A stretch of DNA of 58,390 nucleotides from Acidobacteria bacterium RIFCSPLOWO2_12_FULL_67_14b (GTDB lineage Bacteria > Acidobacteriota > Vicinamibacteria > Vicinamibacterales > UBA2999): contig MELE01000078.1 in NCBI GenBank assembly GCA_001768615.1, positions 1 to 58,390 of the forward strand, read 5' to 3'. The translations under genes were made by a program, and so were the position numbers. The notes beneath the pieces were generated by a model. It searched no databases, was not told the DNA's origin, and saw only the letters and a program-made list of their open reading frames with translations. Positions 9,113-18,538 of the stretch are shown here, one piece after another; position 1 is the first letter of the stretch, and each line of letters starts with the position of its first letter.

Positions 9113-11199
9113 TGCGCGCACAGCGGCCCGCGATCGCGCTGTTCGTGCTGGTTGCGGCGGCGTGGGCGATCGCCCAACAGCCCGAGGCGCCGCTGCCGCG
9201 CTTCCGATCGGGCGCCAATCTCGTGTCGGTCGACGCCTACGTCTCGAAGGACGGCGTGGCCCTCACCGATCTGCGCGCCGACGAGCTCGAGGTCCTCGAA
9301 GACGATCGGCCCCAGACGATTGAGAGCTTCAAGCTGGTCCGGGCCCGTACGCCGGGGTCGCCGAGCACGCACGCCGAGCCGCTGGGCTCGCAGGCGCAGC
9401 GAGACGCGGCGGCGGACCCCGACGCGCGTCTGTTCGTGCTGTTTCTCGATCAGTGGCATGTCAGCCTCGACGGATCCGCCCGGGCCCAGGCGCCGGTGTC
9501 GGAACTGCTCGCCAAGGCCATCGGCCCCGACGACCTGCTCGGGGTGATCACGCCCGAGATGTCGCCGTCGAGCCTCAACCTGACCCGGCGCGTCGCGGCG
9601 ATCGAGCGGGTGCTGCGCGAGAACTGGACGTGGGGCGAGCGCGACAAGGCGATCACCTCGGACCCGCGCGAAAACGAACTGCAGCTCTGCTATCCGGATG
9701 GCCGCCGTGAGACGCCCCAGTTCAACGGCGTCGCCAAGGAGCTGATCGAACGGCGGCGCGAACGAAAGACGCTCCTGGCGCTCGATGCCCTGGTGTCGCA
9801 ACTGGCGACGCTCCGCGACGATCGCAAGTTCGTCGTTGTGCTCACCGAAGGCTGGGTGCTGTTCCGGCGCAACGATCGGCTGGGCGGTGTCCTGGTGCCG
9901 GACTCGGTGCCCGGCCCGCCTCCCATCGGCGTCGGCACCGACGGACGGATCGTCGCCGGCGACGACCCGCGGCAAGCAATGGTGGGATTCGATTCCTGCG
10001 AACGCGAACGGGTCGTGCTGTCGTATGTCGATCACGAGTACGAGCTGCGCCAGCTGGCGCAACGCGCCAATCGCGCGAACGTGACGTTCTACATCATCGA
10101 TCCGCGAGGGCTCGTGGTCTTCGACGATTCGATCGGACCGCTGCGGCCGGCGACCCCGGTGGCCGATCGCGATCGCCTGCAGTCCCGTCAGGACGGCCTG
10201 CGCGAGCTGGCGCAGCAGACCGACGGCGCCGTCGTGCTCGACACGAGCGACGTGCGCGGCGCGACCGCGCGGATGTTCGCCAACCTCGGGTCGCACTACC
10301 TGCTCAGCTACTACTCGTCGAACACGAAGCTCGACGGGCGTTTCCGCCGCCTCACCGTCCGCGTCAAGCGGGAGGGTGTCGATGTGCGCGCGCGCCCTGG
10401 CTATCTGGCGCCGACCGAAGCGGAGGCACGCGCCGCGGGCGCCACGCCCGTCCGGGAGCCGGGCAGCCGCGGGCCGGTGGCGCTGCCACCGACCGTGGCG
10501 CGCGCGCTGGAGGCGATCGCGCCGGGGCGCGGGAACCTGCCCATCCGCATCCAGGCGGCCGGCGGGCGCGCCTCGATACGCGCGGTCGTGGAGCTCGACG
10601 CGGCCACGCTCAAGCTGCCGGAGTGGGCGTCGGGCGGAACGCTCGAGGTCGCGATCGAACCCGACAAGGGCTCGAGCGGACAGCCGCAGTCGGTGACCGC
10701 GGCGATCGAACCGGGACAGAGGAGCGTGGCCATCTCCGGCACGGACGCGCCGCTCGCGCCGGGTGTCTATACCATCCGGGCCGAGGCCACGCCCAGGGCC
10801 GGCCGCCTCCCCGTTCGCGCATCGACGGTGGCGACCGTCCCCGCCGAGGCCGCGGAAGTGGGCACGGGCCTGCTGGCGCTGCGCCGGGGCCCGAGCACGG
10901 GGCTTGCGTACATGCCCACCGCGGATCCGCGCTTTCGACGAACCGAGCGGCTGCGCGTGGAGGTGCCTGTCGTCGGAACCGGGCACACAGGCGCCCCGCG
11001 CCTGCTCACGCGCGAAGGGCAGCCGATGCCGCTGGTGGCGGCCTACAGCACGCGGATGGACGATCAGCGGAACGTGACGCTGGGCGTGGCGGAGATCGTG
11101 CTCGCCCCGCTCGCGGCGGGGGAGTACGTGCTGGAACTGACGCTGACGAAGGGCCGGGCCACCGACATCGTCGCCTACGGATTTCGAATCGTGCCCTGA
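9109..11199 (+). CDS. Acidobacterial VWA domain-containing exported protein (paralog 2)
   Basis: Same motifs, colinear with the upstream paralog; 4-nt overlap. Confidence 0.85.
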   Translation: MMRAQRPAIALFVLVAAAWAIAQQPEAPLPRFRSGANLVSVDAYVSKDGVALTDLRADELEVLEDDRPQTIESFKLVRARTPGSPSTHAEPLGSQAQRDAAADPDARLFVLFLDQWHVSLDGSARAQAPVSELLAKAIGPDDLLGVITPEMSPSSLNLTRRVAAIERVLRENWTWGERDKAITSDPRENELQLCYPDGRRETPQFNGVAKELIERRRERKTLLALDALVSQLATLRDDRKFVVVLTEGWVLFRRNDRLGGVLVPDSVPGPPPIGVGTDGRIVAGDDPRQAMVGFDSCERERVVLSYVDHEYELRQLAQRANRANVTFYIIDPRGLVVFDDSIGPLRPATPVADRDRLQSRQDGLRELAQQTDGAVVLDTSDVRGATARMFANLGSHYLLSYYSSNTKLDGRFRRLTVRVKREGVDVRARPGYLAPTEAEARAAGATPVREPGSRGPVALPPTVARALEAIAPGRGNLPIRIQAAGGRASIRAVVELDAATLKLPEWASGGTLEVAIEPDKGSSGQPQSVTAAIEPGQRSVAISGTDAPLAPGVYTIRAEATPRAGRLPVRASTVATVPAEAAEVGTGLLALRRGPSTGLAYMPTADPRFRRTERLRVEVPVVGTGHTGAPRLLTREGQPMPLVAAYSTRMDDQRNVTLGVAEIVLAPLAAGEYVLELTLTKGRATDIVAYGFRIVP

Positions 11200-11210
11200 T
11201 CATGGCCGTT

Positions 11211-11258
11211 GCCTTCGGCCGTCAGCCTCCAGCCTGCGGAAGGCCGATGGCCGAGGGC
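11211..11258. repeat. Degenerate heptamer/inverted repeat between convergent genes
   Basis: gccttcggccgtcagcctcc...ggaaggccgatggccgagggc. Confidence 0.45.
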
Positions 11259-11286
11259 ACCGCGGCGACCGAAGTGCCCGCCGGGA

Positions 11287-12414
11287 TTAAGATCCGCCGG
11301 TCGTGAAGTTCAGCGCGAACGGCGGCATCGCCCCGCCGTCGGTCCCCTTCACGCCCTCCAGGAACTCCACCTTCACACTGCGAAAGCGTTCCCACGCCTG
11401 GGCGGGCCGGATCTCGAGGGCCCGATTCTCCCTCGCGTAGGTCGTCGCGAACCCGATCGGCGGCGGTTGCGCCTCGCCGCGTTCTTTCGAATCGGCCAGC
11501 GAATAGGTGATGCGGACGCGGTCCTTCAGCGTGGCGGGATCGAGGTCGCGCGAGAACTGCAGGCGGATCCGCTCGTCGAGCCGCACGTCGACCTCGCCTT
11601 CGGTGGGCGACGAGAACAGTACTTCGACCGGCGGCGGAGGCGGCGCGGCAATCGTGACCTCGGTGACGGTGTCCGCCGGCGCCTCGGCGAGATCAATCGT
11701 CGTGCCCTCGAGCCAGGTCAGGCCCTTCGCCGTGCGCACGGTGCCGGCCACTTTCACCCAGCGTCCGCTGTCGAGGCGCCGGGCGGGGTCGAAGTTGAAG
11801 GTCCGGCCTTTCGGCTGCAGGCCCATCACCCAGACGGCGGCATCCGTCGATCGCAGGACGAACTGCCACTTGCTGGCCAGCGGCGCTTCCGGCAAGTCGC
11901 CGAACAGGTTGCGTCCGCGGAACTGACCGAGAATCGTGACCACGCGGCCGGTAAACCGCTCCGGCTCCATCGCCAGCGTCCGCAGCGGCGGCGTCGCGAC
12001 CTCGGTCGCGCCCGGCGGCGGGACGGCATTGCCGAGGATCAGCATCAGCTCCTCACCGGGCCGCGGCCAGCGATCCGGGTAAGCCGTGCGCACGAGGTCG
12101 AGCAGATTGAAGGGAATCAAGCGCGGATCGTCGGGCGAGATCCGGCCGATGTCGAGGAACTGCCCGCGCGCCTCGATGCGGCCGTCGGGGTTCTCGCGCG
12201 CGACCAGGCGGATGCTCGCCTCGTCAGTGCCGATCGACATCCGCTCACCCTGCCCGCGCACGTCGCCGACGACCAGCACGGTCTGCTGGTTGTAGAAGCC
12301 CGGATAGCTCTTGAGCGCGGCGATGGTCGTCGCGCGGCGCGGCGCCGGCTGCGCCACCAGCGTGGCGCACAGCCCGGCGGCGCCAATCGCCAACACGGCC
12401 GCGAGGGTTCGCAT
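11287..12414 (-). CDS. Exported protein with two OB-fold-like repeats and a C-terminal SbsA/Big_5 Ig-like domain
   Basis: Signal peptide; repeats TTIAALKSYPGFYNQQTVLVVGDV and PPLRTLAMEPERFTGRVVTILGQF; C-terminus VLFSSPTEGEVDV...IRLQFSRDLDPATL...LNFTTG. Confidence 0.65.
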   Translation of the reverse strand: MRTLAAVLAIGAAGLCATLVAQPAPRRATTIAALKSYPGFYNQQTVLVVGDVRGQGERMSIGTDEASIRLVARENPDGRIEARGQFLDIGRISPDDPRLIPFNLLDLVRTAYPDRWPRPGEELMLILGNAVPPPGATEVATPPLRTLAMEPERFTGRVVTILGQFRGRNLFGDLPEAPLASKWQFVLRSTDAAVWVMGLQPKGRTFNFDPARRLDSGRWVKVAGTVRTAKGLTWLEGTTIDLAEAPADTVTEVTIAAPPPPPVEVLFSSPTEGEVDVRLDERIRLQFSRDLDPATLKDRVRITYSLADSKERGEAQPPPIGFATTYARENRALEIRPAQAWERFRSVKVEFLEGVKGTDGGAMPPFALNFTTGGS

Positions 12415-12463
12415 GACCCTTTCATGCTAACACCCTGATTCGCGGATTGAGTACGATGCCCTC

Positions 12464-12754
12464 ATGTTGTGGTTCCAGCTGGCTGCCGCCGCATTCGGAT
12501 TGTGGCTGGTCCATCGGCTGTTGACGTACTGCGAATCCCGAGGCTGGATCTACTATCGGAAGCGCCGCGGCAGTTACGGCGGGCTCGGCGCGTCGACCAA
12601 CTACCTCAACATGTACGATCCATCGCGGAAGCACATGCAGGAGGCTGTGCGCGAGGCGGAGTGGAAGCGGGAAGAAGACGACGATGGCGACCGCCAGAAC
12701 AAGGTGCCGAAGGTGCGTACGGTGCCTAAAGTGCCTAGGGGGTCAGGTTCCTGA
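12464..12754 (+). CDS. Small hypothetical membrane-anchored protein
   Basis: N-terminal TM helix, ESRGWIYY motif, TACGAT -10 box 6 nt upstream; the C-terminus reads through a 9-bp repeat. Confidence 0.65.
   Translation: MLWFQLAAAAFGLWLVHRLLTYCESRGWIYYRKRRGSYGGLGASTNYLNMYDPSRKHMQEAVREAEWKREEDDDGDRQNKVPKVRTVPKVPRGSGS
12703..12738. repeat. 9-bp tandem repeat (GGTGCCTAA-like x4)
   Basis: ggtgccgaa ggtgcgtac ggtgcctaa agtgcctag. Confidence 0.65.
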
Positions 12755-13255
12755 GCGCCGTCTGGGCCCCTTCGCTCACGCGAGCATCCGCATCCGTCGA
12801 GGCGGTTCGCAAGAGCGGTTCGGCCGGCGGTCCCAGTTTGGCCAGCGACGTCACGACCACTCGCCGTACACATCCATCCCCTCGTTCTGGTACCCGATCT
12901 CGACGATGGCGCCGATCATGCAGATCTTCACGCTGTCGCCGGTGGCGTCACCGAAGACTTCCGCCAGCGCATCGTACGCGGCCTCCGAGGCGGACGCCTT
13001 CGCCACGTTCGCCAGCGCTGTTGACGCGGAGCACTGCGTCATGCATCGCCTGGAAGAAGATCAGCAGCCCGAAGGCCACCGGCCCCCACATCAGCGTGTA
13101 GCGCTCGCCTCTTCGGCGATGGCGCGATCCACGAAGCGCTGCGCCGACAGTTCGGACAGCCCGCCGGCGACAAGCTCCTGAACCACTTCCTCAGGGGTCT
13201 TGCCTTCCTGCAGTTGCCGCCGGATCTTCGTCGTCAAGCCGCCGGAGTTGCCCAT
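12735..13255 (-). pseudogene. Fragmented membrane/HEAT-repeat protein gene
   Basis: Four protein-like pieces joined through frame changes: MGNSGGLTTKIRRQLQEGKTPEEVVQELVAGG..., GERYTLMWGPVAFGLLIFFQA, QCSASTALANVAK...YDALAEVF, and CVRRVVVTSLAKLGPPAEPLLRTASTDADARVSEGAQTALRNLTP*. Confidence 0.6.
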
Positions 13256-13335
13256 GGTGGTGTCCCGATGGGTGTTATCGGCAGCTCGACGACGGGTCCA
13301 GGGATCACCCTGGCGCGCGATTGCACGGTTCGGCG

Positions 13336-15324
13336 TCAGATCTTCCGCCGCGCGAACCTCGAGAGCACCACCGCCAGCGCGAGGAACAGCGCCACCCCGG
13401 CCATCTGCGCCGCCGTGGTGTCGCCATGCAGCCACGGCACGATCTCGCCGATCGGCTGGAAGTACTCCGCCCACAGCGACGTGTTGACGTTCGGGTCAGC
13501 CGCGGAGGGGTACTGGTAACCGAAGAGGATCGCGTAGAGGATGCCGGCGAGCGAGCCGCCCGCGATCAGGCCGGAGCTGAACAACGTGCCGGCACTGAGG
13601 TCCGAGTCGCTGGTCTCGCCGGTCTTGCGCTCGATCCACCACCGGACGAGGCCGCCGACGAAAATCGGCGCGGTCGTGGCGATGGGCAGGTAGGCGCCGA
13701 CGGCGAACGACAGCGAGTGGACGCCGCAGAGCTCCAGCGTGACCGCGACGAAGATGCCCACCAGGACGAGGCCCCACGGCAGGCTCTGCGACAGCAGGCC
13801 TTTGATCAGCGTCGCCATCAACGTCGCCTGCGGCGCCGCCACGGCTTCGGATCCGATGCCGAAGGTCTCGTGCATCTTGAGCACGGTGTAGCCGATGATG
13901 AACGCCGAGGTGACGACGCCGATCGCGAGGCCCATCTGCTGATAGAGGGGCGTGGCGCCGACGATGTAGCCGGTCTTGAGGTCCTGCGAGGTGTTGCCGG
14001 CGTTGGCCGCGGCAATGCAGACGATGGCGCCGACCGACAGCGCCACCGGCGCATAGACATCGCCGGTCCATCCGAGCGCGACGAAGATGATGCACGTGAT
14101 GATCAGCGTGGCGATGGTCATCCCCGAGATCGGGTTGGACGACGAGCCGATCAGGCCGGTGATGCGGGACGACACCGTCGCAAAGAAGAAGCCGAACAGC
14201 ACGATCAGGATCGAGACCAGGATGTTGCCCTGGGTCGGCAGGCCCGGCATCACCGCGAGGAAAATCGCGAGCAGCAGCGAGCCGCCCAGCACGATCGTCA
14301 TCGGGATGTCGCGTTCGGTCCGCAGCTGCGTGCCGCCGCCGGCCGAGCCGAAGCCCTTGAGCCCCTCGCGCGCCGAGGAGATGATGGTCGGCAGCGTGCG
14401 CGACAAGGTGATCAAGCCGGCGGCCAGCACCGCGCCCGCGCCGATGTAGCGAATGTAGGCGCGCCAGATCTGCCCCGGGCTCATCTCCGAGATCAGGAAC
14501 GGCATGCCGGTCGCCGGGTTCACCGCGAAGTCGGGGTGAATCGGCGGGAACGGCGTCGTCATGTTGGCGCCCAACAGCGAGATGAGCGGCAGCAGCATCA
14601 GCCACGACAGCACGCCGCCGGCGAACATCGTGCCGGCGATGCGCGGGCCGATCACGTAGCCGACGCCGAGATACTCGGGCGAGATGTCGACGTTGATCGT
14701 CGCGTTCGGAAACTGGCTGGTGCGCGGGAGCGAGTAGCCGACGTCCTGGCGGAAGATGTTGAAGGTCCACGACAGCGATTTCCACACCGCGCCGATGCCG
14801 AGGCCGCTGAACACGAGCCCGGCCAGCTTGCCGCCGCGCTCGCCGGCGACGAGCACCTGCGCGCAGGCCGTGCCTTCCGGATAGGGCAGCACGCCGTGCT
14901 CCTTGACGATGAGGGCGCGCCGCAGCGGCACCATCATCAACACGCCGAGGATGCCGCCGGCAAAGGCCAGCATCGTGATCTGGGTGTAGTTGAAGTAGCC
15001 CGGGCCATCGGGCAGCAGGAAGATCATGGCGGGGATGGTGAAAACCACGCCGCCGGCCACCGACTCGCCGGCGGAGCCGATCGTCTGCACGATGTTGTTT
15101 TCGAGGATGGTCGAGCCGCCGAGCTTCTTGAGCACCGAGATGGCCAGCACCGCGATCGGGATCGAGGCGCTGACGGTGAGGCCGGCGCGCAGACCGAGGT
15201 AGACCGTGGAGGCGCCGAAGATCAATCCGAACAGCACGCCGATCACGATGGCCTTGGCCGTAAACTCCGCGGGTGATTGTTCGGCCGGAATGTAGGGCTG
15301 GAAGCCTCTGGAGGTGTCTGCCAT
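13336..15324 (-). CDS. OPT family oligopeptide/metal-chelate transporter
   Basis: YLGLRAGLTVSASIP, ENNIVQTIGSAGES, LPYPEGTAC, SSNPISGM, SQDLKTG, APQATLMA. Confidence 0.93.
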   Translation of the reverse strand: MADTSRGFQPYIPAEQSPAEFTAKAIVIGVLFGLIFGASTVYLGLRAGLTVSASIPIAVLAISVLKKLGGSTILENNIVQTIGSAGESVAGGVVFTIPAMIFLLPDGPGYFNYTQITMLAFAGGILGVLMMVPLRRALIVKEHGVLPYPEGTACAQVLVAGERGGKLAGLVFSGLGIGAVWKSLSWTFNIFRQDVGYSLPRTSQFPNATINVDISPEYLGVGYVIGPRIAGTMFAGGVLSWLMLLPLISLLGANMTTPFPPIHPDFAVNPATGMPFLISEMSPGQIWRAYIRYIGAGAVLAAGLITLSRTLPTIISSAREGLKGFGSAGGGTQLRTERDIPMTIVLGGSLLLAIFLAVMPGLPTQGNILVSILIVLFGFFFATVSSRITGLIGSSSNPISGMTIATLIITCIIFVALGWTGDVYAPVALSVGAIVCIAAANAGNTSQDLKTGYIVGATPLYQQMGLAIGVVTSAFIIGYTVLKMHETFGIGSEAVAAPQATLMATLIKGLLSQSLPWGLVLVGIFVAVTLELCGVHSLSFAVGAYLPIATTAPIFVGGLVRWWIERKTGETSDSDLSAGTLFSSGLIAGGSLAGILYAILFGYQYPSAADPNVNTSLWAEYFQPIGEIVPWLHGDTTAAQMAGVALFLALAVVLSRFARRKI

Positions 15325-15378
15325 GCGCGGGATGATACTTCGCAGCCTGCCGGAATTGCGGTATTCTGCAATCTGCTT

Positions 15379-16047
15379 GTGAATTCACCGAACAAGCGGA
15401 AGCCCGCCACCGAGCTGGTTTCCGAGCTGACAACCAATCGGCTCTCCGTCTACCTCCGCTGCCTGACCCAGCTCGAGTCAGCGGGCGTCGAGACCATCTC
15501 CTCGCAGGCGCTCGCGGAGCAGTTCCACCTCAACGCCGCGCAGATCCGCAAGGACCTGGCCTACTTCGGCGAGTTCGGCGTCCGCGGCGTCGGCTATTAC
15601 GTCAAGGACCTCAAGCGCAACCTGCGGCAGATCCTCGGCCTCGACCGCAAGCTCCGCGTTGCGGTGATGGGGGCCGGCAACCTCGGCCTCGCGCTGGCCG
15701 ACTATCCGGGCTTCAAGCGCGAAGGCTTCGAGATCGTGTCGATGTTCGATGTCGCCGACGCCAAGATCGGCGACGAATCGCGGAGCGGCGTCCCGATCTG
15801 CGATCTGCGCGAGCTCAAGAAGGTGGTCCGCAAGGAGCGCATCGACATTGCCGTGATCGCCGTGCCGGCCGAATCGGCGCAGCACGTGCTCGAGCAGGTT
15901 GTGGCGGCCGGGATCAAGGCGATCTTGAACTTCTCACCTGGCGCGTTGGACGTTCCACCAGGCGTCAAGGTCAAGAACGTCGATCTGACGGTGTCTCTCG
16001 AGAGCCTGTCGTTCTATCTCGCACAGGGAATCGATGATGGCCATTAA
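15379..16047 (+). CDS. rex: Redox-sensing transcriptional repressor Rex
   Basis: [49 protein letters not shown]. Start placed at GTG 15379 (uncertain). Confidence 0.92.
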   Translation: MNSPNKRKPATELVSELTTNRLSVYLRCLTQLESAGVETISSQALAEQFHLNAAQIRKDLAYFGEFGVRGVGYYVKDLKRNLRQILGLDRKLRVAVMGAGNLGLALADYPGFKREGFEIVSMFDVADAKIGDESRSGVPICDLRELKKVVRKERIDIAVIAVPAESAQHVLEQVVAAGIKAILNFSPGALDVPPGVKVKNVDLTVSLESLSFYLAQGIDDGH

Positions 16048-16537
16048 AGAACCGGGTGCCAAGGGTGCGCTGACGCATGTTGACGCGCGCGGGCGCATCC
16101 GCATGGTGGACGTCGGCGACAAGCCGGTCACGTCGCGAGAGGCAGTGGCGCGCGGATCGATTGCGATGTCGGCGGCCGCGCGCAAGCTGATCCGAACCGG
16201 CGCCGTCAAGAAGGGCGATCCGCTGCAGGCGGCGCGGCTGGCCGGCATCATGGCGGCGAAGAAGACGAGCGAGCTCATTCCGCTGTGCCATCCGCTGGCG
16301 CTGACGCACGTGTCGGTGGAGCTGACCGCCACGCGCACCGGCTACGCCATCGAGTCGCGCGTCCGCACTTCGGGGCAGACCGGCGTCGAGATGGAAGCGC
16401 TCACCGCGGTCGCCGTCGCCGCGCTGACGCTCTACGACATGGTCAAGGCGGTGGACAAAGCAATGGAGATCACGGACGTCCACCTGGTCGAAAAACGTGG
16501 TGGACGGAGCGGGCACTACGTCAGAGTTAAGAGTTAA
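16034..16537 (+). CDS. moaC: Cyclic pyranopterin monophosphate synthase
   Basis: [51 protein letters not shown]. Confidence 0.95.
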   Translation: MMAIKEPGAKGALTHVDARGRIRMVDVGDKPVTSREAVARGSIAMSAAARKLIRTGAVKKGDPLQAARLAGIMAAKKTSELIPLCHPLALTHVSVELTATRTGYAIESRVRTSGQTGVEMEALTAVAVAALTLYDMVKAVDKAMEITDVHLVEKRGGRSGHYVRVKS

Positions 16538-16660
16538 GAGTTAAGAGTTAAGAGTGCAGAGTCTCGAATTGCCCGTTTAGCTCTAAACTCTAAACTCTAA
16601 ACTCTAAACTCTAAACTCTGAACTCTAAACTCTGAACTCTGAACTCCTAACTCTGCACTC
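16523..16660. repeat. Two heptamer arrays in inverted orientation: AGAGTTA x~6 and CTCTAAA/CTCTGAA x~11
   Basis: Seen directly. The first array supplies the moaC stop; the second abuts the next ATG. Confidence 0.9.
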
Positions 16661-17644
16661 ATGAAGGTTCTTGTTTCGATCCAGCAGCCCGTGGCGCAGT
16701 GGCAGATCCCGGCCGAGTGCATCGGCACGCTTCGGGCCCGTTTCCCTCACATCGAATTCGTCCATGCCACCACCGACGAGGCGCGCCGGCAGGGCCTTGC
16801 GGATTGCGACGTCGCCTATACGTGGATCCTCGACCAGGCGGAATTCGCTGCGGCGCCGAGGCTGCGGTGGGTGCACACCTCGGCGGTCGCCGTCGAGACC
16901 TTGTGCCTGCCGGAGTTGTTCGGCCGTGGCGTCGCCGTCACCAACACGCGCGGCGTGCAGGCCGTGCCGATCGCCGAGCACGTGCTCGCGGTCGTGCTGG
17001 CCCTCGCCAAGCAGATCCCCTTCGCGCTGGATCGTCAGCGCGAGGCGCGGTGGGCGCAGAACGAGTTCATGGGCTCGCGGCTGCCGTGGCTGTTGCGGGG
17101 ACGCACGCTGGGACTGATCGGCGTGGGCACCATCGGCGCCGCGATCGGCGCGCGCGCCAGGGCCTTCGGCATGCGGGTAATCGGGATGCGGCGGCGGGTC
17201 GGGCATGGCGCGGTCGAGGGCATCGACGAGGTCTTCGGTGCCGATCGGCTGCCGGCGCTGCTGGCGCAAACGCAGGTGCTGGTGGTGGCCGCGCCGCTCA
17301 CGCCCGCGACGATGGGCCTGCTCGGCGCGGCGCAGTTCCAGCAGCTTCCCCGGGGCGCCATCGTTGTGAACGTCGGCCGCGCCAAGGTCGTCGACACCGA
17401 CGCGCTGGTGGCGGCGCTGCGGTCGGGCCATCTCGGGGGCGCGGCGCTCGACGTGTTTCCCCAGGAGCCGCTGCCGGCCGGCCACCCGTTGTGGACCTGT
17501 CCCAACGTGATCCTCACGCCGCACACGTCCGGCTTCCGCCAGGGGCATTGGGACGAGGTGGTCGACCTGTTCGCGGAGAACATCGAACGCTTCGAGCGCG
17601 GCGAGCCGCTCAGGTTTCGGGTCGACCCCGGTCTCGGCTACTGA
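16661..17644 (+). CDS. D-2-hydroxyacid dehydrogenase
   Basis: IAEHVL, GLIGVGTIG, VNVGRA, AALDVFPQEPL, ILTPHTSG. Confidence 0.92.
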   Translation: MKVLVSIQQPVAQWQIPAECIGTLRARFPHIEFVHATTDEARRQGLADCDVAYTWILDQAEFAAAPRLRWVHTSAVAVETLCLPELFGRGVAVTNTRGVQAVPIAEHVLAVVLALAKQIPFALDRQREARWAQNEFMGSRLPWLLRGRTLGLIGVGTIGAAIGARARAFGMRVIGMRRRVGHGAVEGIDEVFGADRLPALLAQTQVLVVAAPLTPATMGLLGAAQFQQLPRGAIVVNVGRAKVVDTDALVAALRSGHLGGAALDVFPQEPLPAGHPLWTCPNVILTPHTSGFRQGHWDEVVDLFAENIERFERGEPLRFRVDPGLGY

Positions 17645-17670
17645 AGGCAGAAGGCAGAAGGCAGAAGGCT
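17643..17670. repeat. Heptamer tandem repeat GAAGGCA x4 between convergent genes
   Basis: gaaggca gaaggca gaaggca gaaggct. Confidence 0.8.
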
Positions 17671-18535
17671 ACACGTGGGGTGGCGGCTCGATATGAATGA
17701 CCGCGTCCTTGATCTGCGGGAAGCGCGCCATCAGCCGATCCTTGACCACGTGCGAGAGATCGTGCGCCTGGTCCAGGCGCATCTCCGGATCCATCCAGAT
17801 GTGCAGGTCCAGGAACACGAAGTCCGCCGAGCCCCGCGTGCGGATGTGATGGCAGCCCATCACCTCGGGTACGCCGCGCACGACCTCGCGGATGGCCTCT
17901 TCCGGAATCGCGATCTGATCGGCCAGGATGCCCGAGGTCGACGTGAAGATCTCCCAGCACGCATAGCCGATGAACACCGCCACTACGAGCGCCGCCGCCG
18001 GATCCAGCCACGCGTACCCGAGGTTGACGCCGACGAGCGCGAGAATGACGGTCACCGATGTCAGCAGGTCGCTGGCCGTGTGGTGCGCATCGGCCAGCAG
18101 GACTTCGCTCGACAGCCGGCGCGCCGCGCGCCGTTCGTAGGCCACCACCGCCAGGTTGACGAGCAGCGTGCCGCCCATCACGGCGAACGTCGTGGCGTCG
18201 ACGTGGGGATCGCCGCCGGACTGGAACCGCTGCCACGCCGCCGACAGCACCTCGCGCATGACGAGCAACAGGAAGAGCAGGATGCCCACCGACGCCATGG
18301 TTTCGAACTTCCGATGGCCGTAGGGATGTTCGTCGTCGGGCGGGGCGCCGGCCAGGCGCGCGCCGAAGAGGGCGACGACGTTCGAGGCGGTGTCGGTGAG
18401 GGAGTGATAGCCGTCAGACAGGACGCTGACCGCCCCGGTGGCCAGGCCCGTCGCGATCTTCGCGCCGGCGACGATCAGGTTGAGGAAGAAGACTCGCCAG
18501 AGAACCTGCGCAACCTGGCCGGGGCGATCGCTCAC
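17669..18535 (-). CDS. Cation diffusion facilitator (FieF-like) transporter
   Basis: SDGYHSLTD, PPDDEHPYGHRKFE, ADAHHTASD, IHIEP. Confidence 0.92.
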   Translation of the reverse strand: MSDRPGQVAQVLWRVFFLNLIVAGAKIATGLATGAVSVLSDGYHSLTDTASNVVALFGARLAGAPPDDEHPYGHRKFETMASVGILLFLLLVMREVLSAAWQRFQSGGDPHVDATTFAVMGGTLLVNLAVVAYERRAARRLSSEVLLADAHHTASDLLTSVTVILALVGVNLGYAWLDPAAALVVAVFIGYACWEIFTSTSGILADQIAIPEEAIREVVRGVPEVMGCHHIRTRGSADFVFLDLHIWMDPEMRLDQAHDLSHVVKDRLMARFPQIKDAVIHIEPPPHV

Positions 18536-18538
18536 AAC

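Noticed and set aside
13275-13282. GCCGATAA (sigma28-like -10) on the minus strand upstream of the fragmented gene
   Set aside because: No matching TAAA -35 element at the expected spacing.
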